A DNA stretch of 34,218 bases, from NCBI RefSeq assembly GCF_000315625.1, contig NW_005434662.1, positions 920,092-954,309 on the forward strand, written 5' to 3'. Made by a program: the position numbers and the translations under genes. The notes under the pieces are model-generated. The model ran no database searches. It was not told where the DNA came from and worked only from the letters and a program-made list of their open reading frames with translations. This document shows positions 1 through 9,551 of the stretch, piece by piece. Positions within the stretch are counted from its first letter, which is position 1. Every line of letters starts with the position of its first letter. The DNA comes from Guillardia theta CCMP2712 (Eukaryota > Protista > Cryptophyta).

Positions 1-1596
1 CTCCTCTCCCCCCTTGATCTCGCTCTCTCCCCTCCTCTCCCCTCCTCTCGCTCCTACAGCTTCTGATATTGCTTGGTGTCGGTCGGCAGCTTGTGGTAGA
101 GCCAGGACCCTGCGAGGGCTCCGACAGACCCGGACGCCATGACGCACAGATAGTAAGGCCACCACCTGCTGATGAAGAGAAGGTCCTGCCTCTCAGTCAC
201 TTTGCTGCTGCTCCTCCACCACCACCACCTCCTGCTCCTGCTCCTCCTGTTCCTCCTGCTCCTGCTCCTGCTCCTGCTCCTCCTGCTCCTCCTATCTGCC
301 CCTGCCCCTACTTTCCTCGTCCTCGTCCTCTCCTCGTTCTCGGCCTCTCTACCCTCCTCTTACCTGTACTGCAAGCACCACCAGCCGCCATATAATGGAG
401 AGAAAGTAGGTGGTCTGACCTGCGTTAAGTGAGGGGAGAAGAAGTGAAGGAGAGGAGGAGAAGAACAAGGACGGAGAGGAGGAGGAGGAAGGACGGGGAG
501 GAAGAAGAGGAGGAGGAGGCTCGTCTACCTGTGCTGCGAATGTTCTGCTGGGTGATCCCAAGGTCGTGACGCGTCGCGATGTAGGCGAAGAGGACAAGAA
601 TAGGAGGCCCGCCAGCTCCGAACAGGCCGCCAAGGAAGCCGGCAATACCTCCAGCGACGGCTGAGGAGCGTCAAGGCAAAAAGGGCTAGAGGAGAAGGAG
701 AACCTGAGATGGAGAGGGTGAAGGTATCCCAGGGCGAGCAGTGGCCAGGAAAGGATGAGCAGAACTGCTCGTTCTTCGCCTTGACGGGTGCGTGTTCGCT
801 CCATTCCCCCTCCCCCCCGCTGCCAAGTTTGGATTTGTTCCTCCCTCCATTCACCTCGCTCGTCGGGAACGAGCTGTCTGCCCTGCTGCTCTCCTCTTGA
901 CTCTTCTCCTCCGCTTCAACAGCGATCAAGTTTGCGCTGCCTCGCTCCTCTAGCGTCTCCGCCTCCTCCATCCGCACGGCGGCGGGTCTGTTGGTGGACT
1001 GGAGCTCGACCTCCTTCTGCTTCTTCTCCCTCCATCGGATCACCATCATCTGCATGATGACGAAGGCGATCACGATGCCTCCGAACACTCGCTTGAGCAT
1101 GTGCGACAGCGCCTCATGCCCTGACCTCACTGTGATTTGCAGGATGCTCGTGCCGATGGGCACAGTGACGGCCATGCAGGAGGAGATGGCGAAGACGACG
1201 GGCCAGAAGATGTTGTGCCGGTCGTAGATGACGAGCGGCAACGAGGTGACCGAGTCCATGACCGTCACCAGCGCGATGTTGCCGGCCAACCCTCCCAGCT
1301 TGTCATCCCCCGTCTCTTCTCCGAGGGCCCCGAAGGAGTTGAGGACCTTGAGGACGCTGACGAAGACGATGCCTCCTCCGAAGCCCGTGTAGGACTTGAT
1401 CAGGTTCGAGACCTGCCACAGCTCATTAGCGGAAGTGGGGAAAGGGGTGAGGGCAGGAGTAGGTCGAGGGCAGGAGTAGGTCGAGGGCAGGTGGAGGTCG
1501 AGGGCAGGAGGAGGTCGAGGGCAGGAGGAGGTCGTTTCTTACAAGGCCAACGCTGGAGGACACGAGGGCTGCTTGCAAGGAGAAGTTTTGACTCAT
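1..1596 (-). CDS. Sulfite exporter TauE/SafE-family membrane protein, multi-exon, 3' end outside the window
   Basis: Spliced translation: MSQNFSLQAALVSSSVGL | VSNLIKSYTGFGGGIVFVSVLK...GLAGNIALVTVMDS (joins ORF 525..1289) | VAGGIAGFLGGLFGAGGPPILVLF...NIRST | GQTTYFLSIIWRLVVLAVQ | DLLFISRWWPYYLCVMASGSVGALAGSWLYHKLP. The two internal-repeat motifs GFGGG and GxxGGLFGxGGPP are typical of TauE/SafE. The ATG at 1596 lies in a gccgccgccATG context, but further upstream exons cannot be excluded. Confidence 0.8.
1449..1533. repeat. Intronic 17-bp tandem repeat, GAGGGCAGGAGTAGGTC-like, 5 copies
   Basis: Read directly; lies in the first intron of the TauE gene. Confidence 0.9.
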
Positions 1597-2972
1597 GGCG
1601 GCGGCATCAACATAGAGCAGCAGGTTGTGCTTGTTGAGATTGACTCTCCATTCTCAGCCGGCAACTCACAGGGTAAATGCGCAAACCGACTGTGGCAAGA
1701 ACATCAGCAAATCTCTCCCCCTCGACATCCTCTTCACCGTGTCCTACCCTCACTCCATTCTTCGATATCGCCCATCTCCCTCCTGCCTTGCTACGGCTCG
1801 ACCCGCTGATGTGCTCCCATCCTGGCCTCTCGTTTGTTTCTGCCTGACATGTTCCTCATAATAACAGCTTGATGGTTCACGCCGTTCTCACAAGAGGTTT
1901 TTCCTCTTCCTCTTCCAGTCTCTGCATGCCCTGCTTCCTGCCTGCTTTCCTTCCCCCTTGCACTCCCAAATCCCCTCGAAAAACTCTCACCATATCTCCG
2001 CCAGTCCTTTCTCCTCCCTCCTTCCCTCCACACCAACATCGACTGTTCCCTCCATCCGTGCCCTCATGACTGTTTGCATCTCCATCTCTCCCTCTCCATC
2101 CCGCCATCCTGTCCTCATCGCCATCGTAGCCTCCCCCCGCCCCCCTCTTTACATTGCACTGCTCCTTTCTATGTCCCCGTCCCCTGCTATGACAAACCTG
2201 CTAGCTGGTTGTCGCGGTGCCATATTTGTTTCTATTATAGGTTGCAGCTCGCCATAGGAAGCTTTCAGTGACAGGCAGCTCGGCCATTCCTTTTGCCGGG
2301 CCCCGGGTTCCTTGAAGGCCCGACTAGGTAGGGTTGCCTCGATGAGCCCCCTGTACCCCTCCGCCCCACACCCCTCCACCCCTCAATCATCCTCGTCCAC
2401 CCCCACCCCCCATGGCCAAGAATGAGTCATAAAATATCGTCTCTTGAACCCCTCCATCGCCCCTACCCTTAACCCCTGGGGCTCTTTCTGTGGGACCCTA
2501 GCCCCGAGGGAGGATTGAACACCCTGAATTCACCCACCCCACCCCACCTTCCTTGATTACGCTTCCGTACATAGAGGTGGTCAGAGGACCCCCATCAGAT
2601 TGACTACCCCTCGACCACCCATCACCCAGTCCATTCCAGAACATTCGAGATGAATGGCAGCGAGTAAAAAAGAAATAGAATATTTCAAATTGTAGAGATA
2701 ACTTTGAATGTGGGAGGGGAATTTGACAGACCGCATCCAAACCTTTTAACCCACCCCTCCATGTACCCACCTCAACAGTTTATTCCACGAGAAACGAATA
2801 AACAGCCAGATACCCATGGGTACCCCTCCCCCATCATTCTGTACCCCCTCCTTCCCCTTACACTACCCCCAACGAGAATTCGATCGAGGTACCCCCATCG
2901 TTCAATCATATTTTAGCCCCTGTCGGCGACTACCCCACCCACCCTCCTATCGAACGCCTAAGTGCTTCTGAC

Positions 2973-3555
2973 ATGGCAGAGGAACCAGCGAAGCTGAGCA
3001 TCGATCAAGCGCGCGGTAGACGCTCCTCGACTTCTAGTTCCTCTCCTCCTCCCCCCTCCTCCTTCCTCTCTCCCTCCGCTTTAAGCCTGAATCCCTTCCT
3101 ATCTACCGTGCCCGTCCCTTCTCCTTTCTGTTTTGTTCAAAGTCGTTCGATTCCCAACTTGTTGTGCTTCAATCCATGCTGAACGTATGATATACAGTGG
3201 CTGCAAAGGAGGCCTGCGCCATTTTTGAACAGCCGGCCAATGCAGAAAGATTGCTTGCTGTTCAGAAAGAAAGCGCGGGCGACATTGGGAAATTCTTCAT
3301 GATGGTCATTCCTGTAGCAGTGGAGCTAGTTGGCTCAGTAATTGCGAAGTATGGGTTTGAACCCTCACAAAGTGGAGCGATGGAATTTGTCAAAGAATTA
3401 CGAAGATACGAAGCAGATGGAGAGATCAAGGCGCTGGTGAAGTTGCATTGTGGGGACCTTGTAAATATCTGAGCTATACACAGGCTGACAATCTGAAGAC
3501 CAAGTTTATGCCTAATATGATGCCAGCGGCCCCTGTGGACGAGATGGCTGATTGA
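2973..3555 (+). CDS. C12orf57: Protein C10 (C12orf57/GRCC10) homolog, 3 exons: 2973-3015, 3198-3436, 3484-3555
   Basis: GT-AG splicing gives MAEEPAKLSIDQARVAAKEACAIFEQPANAERLLAVQKESAGDIGKFFMMVIPVAVELVGSVIAKYGFEPSQSGAMEFVKELRRYEADGEIKALADNLKTKFMPNMMPAAPVDEMAD*. This is colinear with the C10 pattern LSxEQA...F..PEN...D.GK....V.PVA......VI..YGF....G...F......YE..D.EI..L...LK..F.P. Confidence 0.88.
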
Positions 3556-3949
3556 GTGGATAGAGTCTCGGAGATGTACGACGTGCCGATCAGCGGTGAA
3601 GTCATGAAAGGACTTGAAAATTTGTCTAACGTTAGTATCAGGTAGAGCAGGAATTTCAAATTGACAAGGATGGTTTTCCATTGAGTGGCCTCCAACCTTG
3701 CCCCTTGGAGCTTGTTTGCTCTGATGTGGTGAATCAAACTAAATACATTTTGAGGCCAGGCTAGAGCACTTTATTTTTCTTGTGAGTAATGCAGTGTGCG
3801 ACGTGTAGGGTGGTCTAGCAGTGGTGTATACAATAATTAGGGTGTCGAGTTGTTGTAAGAGCCATCTGTTATTTTGGATGAAAAAGTTTCAGATCTTGCT
3901 TAGTACGTTATTCTACACTCGTGCATGTTCCTCAACATCTTCCCGCACG

Positions 3950-5006
3950 TTACAGCATTGCCGACCTCCCTCGTGGCGGCGGAGCATGCTCTACCACCAC
4001 TCCCTCGACACTGTTCTCCAACACTCCCCACCTGTAAAGTTCCGGCGTCAAGCTTAAGCTTCTTCTACAGCACATCCTGCCCTCACCTGAACACCTGATC
4101 ACACAGCCCACAACGCATGTTGGCGCAGCCTCCATTCTTGACGATCGCCATCCCGCAGTGAGGACAAGGCCTCCAACCCCCAACCCCATCGATGGTGTCC
4201 GGCCATACGAATCGTTTGACCCAGCTCCATATTCGCTTCGCTATGTGGTACCTGTGCTCGGGATCCTCCCACTGACGTTCGCAGACGAAGCACATGATGG
4301 TGGCCTGCCCCGAGTAGCCAACCCCCATGCACGACATCTCCGGACATTCCACGATGTCACTGCCAGCTGGTTTCCTTGCGATGAGCATCTCCCTCTTCTG
4401 TAGCTCGCAAACGCACTGCTGCAGCCTCAGATTCTCGCGGGAGAGAAACACCAGCTTCCTGTCCAACAACCTTCCACAACCTCCGAAGCAGCGCACGTTC
4501 CAATGTCGGGCATGGCGCACTCGCGCGACCTTTTCTGCATCGTCAGTCTTGAGGTATTGAATCACGCAGCCTTTGCAGCATCTGTCTCCGCAAGAATTGA
4601 ACACCATGTTCCAATATGGCACCCTTTCGCAGCAAAGAGGGCATTCGTCCGTCTTCAGTGCTAGGTATCCAACTAACAGCAATGCAACCGTTGCAAGCAG
4701 AGAGGGAAGACTGAAAGAAACAATCAGCATCATTGAAGAAACGACAGGGTGCTTCAAGTATCGGAAGTATTCCAAGGTGCCTGCAGGAGCCGCTTTAAGA
4801 GCAGATGTCAACGTCACTTCGATGTTGATAGTGATGGCAACATCCCACGAAGTTGAGAGCTTATCGGCATAAGAGTAATCTTTCAATCTCTTCAATGAAT
4901 ATTGGAGTTCTCGAGTCAGCCTGACCAGTCTTTGATGAACAACTTCCACCACACGGTTCTGACGCTGCCCTCCTTCCATCCCTAGAATTCCCTGGACGGG
5001 GCACAA
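3950..5006 (-). CDS. RBR (RING-IBR-Rcat)-like E3 ubiquitin ligase with an N-terminal transmembrane segment; 5' exons uncertain
   Basis: ORF 4083..5006 has hydrophobic MMLIVSFSLPSLLATVALLLVGYLAL, RING1-like CPLC...CGDRCCKGC...RCFGGC, IBR-like CPEMSC...CFVC..W and Rcat CPHCGMAIVKNGGCANMRCGLCDQVF. A 55-nt GT-AG intron (4032-4086) joins the last exon RWGVLENSVEG...RSAML* ending at 3950. Confidence 0.8.
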
Positions 5007-5725
5007 ACAAGGAGAGACAGCTCACGAAGATCGATTGAATGCAAACAACAAGAGATATCAACCGCCTGAAGGAAAGCCCGTCAGATACAAGCACATGTTG
5101 ACCTACTCCAAAGCCTTCAAATCAGGTTGCCCACAAGAATGCTACATCATCATATTTTGTTTGTTTCCTCCATCTTTCTCAGATCTCAAATCACCTCCAG
5201 CCTATCCTGTTTTATCTCACGACCCATGTCCTCTCCTACAGTGCCAGCCTTCCTTCTCCTTTCCCTTCCTCCTCTTGACCAACCATTTTACCACAAATTC
5301 TACGTGCCTTCCGTTCATTTGACTGAAAAAGAAGGGCAAACCGGAGCAAACAAAGGAGGGGGAGGATAGAGCCTACAAACCCGCCTCAATAAAATACTAG
5401 GAAACGAAAAAGGCAGCGAAACCCGCTGACGGCATGCACGACAAAATATGATGCTTACGGATACTCACGGATACCCACGGATACTTTCCCGAGTACTTCG
5501 GAAGGAATGAGGGGGATGAGGGCGGTGACTAAGCAGGTATTATCTCAATACCGCAGGGGGTATTTTGTGTTTTGCTTTATCCCGATTGTTCTTGATATTT
5601 GCAAAACAATATTCGATAGAATTGAAATTTAGCAGAAAAAATGTAAAACTAATTCAAACAATTCAGATCAAGACAAACCCTGTACCAAGCACAGTGACTC
5701 CTGGGTTATGGCGTAACCCTGGAAG

Positions 5726-8700
5726 ATGCCCAAGAAGAACAAGAAGCATGCTAACAGAAAGAAGCGCGAGGAAGACAAGCCTGAAGATGATGCAGAGCAA
5801 GAACAACAACACGTACAGACACACCATGATCAACAAGAAAGTCGACAACAACTAGCTCCTCCTCAGCACGGTTCAGAGCACAAGGATCTCAATGACCAAG
5901 AAGAGACGCAGACAGAACAAGACAGACCAGACGAACAGAAGGCTCCTGATCTGTCAGACGGAGTAAGCTCATCTGAGAATAGCAAGAACAAGTCAGATGA
6001 TCCCACAGACACTCATGTGGAGCCGACTAATGGATCCAAACCGCAGGGCGATACCGATCAAGTCCGAGACAATGCAGATTCTCACAGCGACCTAGGCGGC
6101 AGCGTTCCAGTTGTTGCTGAGCATGCGACGGATGAGGGAGAAGAGAGGCAGCACGATGCGGAGGAGGTCAAGATGGCACCTCACGATCACAACCAAGTTG
6201 AGGAGCACGATGCGTATGATGATGATGCAGAGAGGAAGAAAGAGGTTGGAGATGATGAGGGGGGTCAAGTGCATGTCGACGCATGGGCTGGTAGTGACTC
6301 AACTCAAACTGCCCAGTCGAACTCTCAACCCGACATGACTGACCATACAGACGCTGGACAACCTCACGACGACAAGACTCAAATCTTCGTGCCTGTCGAG
6401 AACAACGAGTTTCACACAGACAGTGAGGGGGGAGATGGGGAGGAGGAGGAGGAGGAGGAGGAGGAGGAGACAGTTGTTGCTGTAGACGAAAAAGTTGCGT
6501 TGTATGCTCAAGGAGAAGATGAGACGAGGGAGGAGGAGTTGGAGGGCCGACAGAATGGAGGACAGACGTCAGCCCACAGGAGCATTGAGGAACAAGGGGG
6601 GTTGGAAGCTACAGGCGAGGACGAGGACGAGGACTCAAATGGTGACGTGTGGGGAGGGGATGTGACCTGGGGGGAGGACGGAGGTGATGTGAATGAGGAC
6701 GAGGACGGAGGTGATGTGAATGAGGACGAGGACGGTGAGGACGCGATGAGCTGCAGCAACAGGCTGGGCTCCGATAGGTTGTTGGAGATCCTGGGAGAGA
6801 TTCCTCCCGACTTCGCTGCTCCTAAGGGAGATGTGGAGGGGGACGTGGTCGACTCGGATGTGGAGGAGGCGGATGCTGATCCCGGCCTCGTGGTGAGAGC
6901 AGAAGAAGATGCAGCGAGGGAGGGGAGAGCTGGAGACGAAGACGAGGGAGAGGGAGCCAAGCTTTCTAATGGGCATGAGAAGCATGACGACGACAATGAA
7001 GAGGAGGAGGAGGAGGAGGAGGACGATGATGACATGGGGACCGAGCGCAAGGGGGAGAAGAAGTCGGGGCAAGAGACCAAGGAGGATGGGCGGGAGGTGC
7101 CTGGTGCCTCTCGCAAGGCTGACAAGCAGGAGGCAGTGGCAGCGTTGGCTCCGAGTCAGAGGGCGACGGTGAGAGATCTGTTCCTCAAGAAGGTCCCGGA
7201 GAGAGTCGCCGACGGTTCCCGCAAACTTGCGCTCGCCTTCCTCATCCTGGAGGGCCAGGACTTCCCCTCCTACGAGCCCTACGAGGAGTTGAGCTGGTGG
7301 CCGCACCGCCTGAGGCTGCAGGTGGAGGACAAGCGCCCGGGCATCAGAGCAGCGATCGTGAGGACGGAGACGCGAGGCCCCAAGAGCGCCATGTACACGA
7401 CCTACGTCATCCACGTCAAGACTGCGTTCCATGTCCGCGGCGTCGCTCGTCGTTTCTCCGACTTCAAGCTCCTCGACCGCAAGCTCCGCGCTCGCTTCCC
7501 CTTTGCTCCTCCTCTCGCCATGAGCAGCCGCATCCTCGGGACGCTGTCGCCCGGGTTCGTGCAGGAGCGCCGGCAGCAGCTGCAGGAGTACCTCGACAAG
7601 ATCCTCGCCGACCACCAGCTCGCCCACAGCGACATCCTCAAGACCTTCATGGCCCTCAACGGCTGCAGCGAGATCGGGGAGGAGGAGGCGGCTCGGGAAG
7701 AGGAGGGGAGGGCCAAGGGAGGTCGCACGCTGGCGAGCAAGAGGTGGGAGGTGAACGAGCATCCGATCGCGAGGCTGCTGGAGGAGCTGGGAAAATGTCG
7801 GTCAGCAAAGGAGGCGCCGCGGGAGACGAAGCTGCTGAACAAGATTGGGCTGATCATGTGCGACCTGGGCAACAAGGCGGAAGGGCTCGTGTACCTCCAG
7901 AAGGCCGTCGCCTCTGCCCGCCTCTCCTCCGACCGCCACGCGCTCCTGACCTGCCTCAGCAACCTCGCCTGCGCACACCTCAAGTTCGGCGGGGAGGGGA
8001 CGAGCATCGACCTGCTCGAGGAGGCGGTGGAGATTGCGCAGCGACTGGGCGACATGGCGGAGGAGGCGAACATACTCCGCAAGATCGCCCTCGCGCATGC
8101 GTCGGACGGGGAAACGGCAGCGGCCCTGCGGTTCCTCGGGGAGGCGAAGGATCTGTTCCACGAGGAGGAGCACGTTGAGGGGGAGGCGATGTGCCTGCTG
8201 AGCTTGGGGATCCTCCGATACGAGAGCGGCGAACATGCCGGAGGGATCGACGCGCTGGAGGAGAGCCTGCAGCTGAGGCGGACGCTAAAGGATAAGCTGG
8301 GAATCGCCGAGGTGCTGAACAGGATCGGGCTGAGCCTGGTGGACATCGGGTATCCCCTGCAAGCCCTCGACTACTTCGAGCGCGCCCTCGCTCTCGCACA
8401 GGAGGTGGGGGATGCGCAGGGAGAGGCGCAGACCCTGCGCATGCTGGCCTATGTGCACCTGGCGCAGGTGGACGGGGACAGGAAGCTGAGCTTGGAGCTG
8501 TTCCGCAAGAGCCTGTCCTACTCCAAGAGGAACGGAGACGTTGGGGGTCAGGCCGCCTGCTACGAGGGGATGGGGGATGTGTTGATGGACATGGACGACG
8601 CCAAGACAGCCGCCACTCACTACACGCAAGCGCTGAGCATGCGGGAGGGGTGGGGGCTAGGGAAGATGGACCCCCAGGGGCACATGCGACACGTTCAACT

Positions 8701-8791
8701 GATCCGCAGCAAGATCGCGAGAGCGAAGGCGCAGGTGCGAGAGAGGAGGAGAGAGACAGAGAGATCGATTGGAGGGGTGGGAGGGTTGTGA
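5726..8791 (+). CDS. Intronless 1021-aa protein: acidic disordered N-half, PX (phox homology) domain, C-terminal TPR array
   Basis: PX motifs YTTYVIHV...VARRFSDFKLLDRKL...FVQERRQQLQEYLDKIL...FM, followed by about 7 TPR-like units (e.g. AEVLNRIGLSLVDIGYPLQALDYFERALALAQEVGD; AACYEGMGDVLMDMDDAKTAATHYTQALSMRE). Confidence 0.88.
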   Translation: MPKKNKKHANRKKREEDKPEDDAEQEQQHVQTHHDQQESRQQLAPPQHGSEHKDLNDQEETQTEQDRPDEQKAPDLSDGVSSSENSKNKSDDPTDTHVEPTNGSKPQGDTDQVRDNADSHSDLGGSVPVVAEHATDEGEERQHDAEEVKMAPHDHNQVEEHDAYDDDAERKKEVGDDEGGQVHVDAWAGSDSTQTAQSNSQPDMTDHTDAGQPHDDKTQIFVPVENNEFHTDSEGGDGEEEEEEEEEETVVAVDEKVALYAQGEDETREEELEGRQNGGQTSAHRSIEEQGGLEATGEDEDEDSNGDVWGGDVTWGEDGGDVNEDEDGGDVNEDEDGEDAMSCSNRLGSDRLLEILGEIPPDFAAPKGDVEGDVVDSDVEEADADPGLVVRAEEDAAREGRAGDEDEGEGAKLSNGHEKHDDDNEEEEEEEEDDDDMGTERKGEKKSGQETKEDGREVPGASRKADKQEAVAALAPSQRATVRDLFLKKVPERVADGSRKLALAFLILEGQDFPSYEPYEELSWWPHRLRLQVEDKRPGIRAAIVRTETRGPKSAMYTTYVIHVKTAFHVRGVARRFSDFKLLDRKLRARFPFAPPLAMSSRILGTLSPGFVQERRQQLQEYLDKILADHQLAHSDILKTFMALNGCSEIGEEEAAREEEGRAKGGRTLASKRWEVNEHPIARLLEELGKCRSAKEAPRETKLLNKIGLIMCDLGNKAEGLVYLQKAVASARLSSDRHALLTCLSNLACAHLKFGGEGTSIDLLEEAVEIAQRLGDMAEEANILRKIALAHASDGETAAALRFLGEAKDLFHEEEHVEGEAMCLLSLGILRYESGEHAGGIDALEESLQLRRTLKDKLGIAEVLNRIGLSLVDIGYPLQALDYFERALALAQEVGDAQGEAQTLRMLAYVHLAQVDGDRKLSLELFRKSLSYSKRNGDVGGQAACYEGMGDVLMDMDDAKTAATHYTQALSMREGWGLGKMDPQGHMRHVQLIRSKIARAKAQVRERRRETERSIGGVGGL

Positions 8792-8868
8792 ACGGGCAGG
8801 GGCGAAGGATGAGAATTGACGGGTCGATGCGACAGATCCTGGAATCTTCGGGTAATGGCGACGAGTCG

Positions 8869-9505
8869 TCAGATGGTAAGAGCAGGGACGAGCAGAGGGC
8901 GGCGAGGAAGAGCGAGGGAGGGGGGAGGAGAGGGGGAGCGAGGGAGGGGGGAGGAGAGGAGACGGCATGGGAGGTCAGGGATGAGGAGGTCTGACTTAAG
9001 TGTAGGTGAAGGCGATTTCCTGTGGCGTTCGAACAACGGTCCCTCCCCCTTCCTCCACCTCAAGGCCAGCTGACCCTCAGCAGGTGTCAACACCGACAAC
9101 GAGCTCGACCCCATCGCTGAGGATCGCGAAGTGAGCAAGGTGATGGGGTGACACAGCGAAGGAGGAAGAAGGGGAGGCGAGGAGGAAGGTGGAGGTGGGG
9201 GAAGGTGGAGCGAGGAGGAGCGAGGAAGGGAGTACGAGGTTGGATATTGATTTCTCCTTTCAATTTGTAGCAGCAAGAGAGTTCCAATGGGAACCTGACG
9301 TACCTCAAGGTATCCCCTGACAAGTCCCGTCCTTCCTCCTCCTCCCCGCTCTCCTTCCCTCTTCTTCTTCTTCTTCTCTCCCCTTCCCCTCCTCTGCTTC
9401 TCCTTCCCCTGACCCCGCGCAGGAGCTCGCGTCCTCCACCATCACCAGCGCGCTCACTAGGATCTGGTCTTGATAGAACACTGTTGGTGCTAGCAAATCT
9501 GCCAT
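8869..9505 (-). CDS. Possible small multi-exon orphan protein
   Basis: Complex, coding-like segments MADLLAPTVFYQDQILVSALVMVEDASSCA | GYLEVRQVPIGTLLLLQIERRNQYPT | ...LSVLTPAEGQLALRWRKGEGPLFERH are separated by low-complexity stretches beginning with GT. No family was recognised. Confidence 0.3.
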
Positions 9506-9551
9506 GCTGTCTCCCAGCTGCTTGTATTCCCCCCTCTCCCCCAGCTCAAGT

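Noticed and set aside
6508-8629. Long antisense or alternative-frame ORFs (e.g. 6635..7762, 7402..8346, 7297..8178)
   Set aside because: Shadows of the PX-TPR ORF caused by high GC codon bias.
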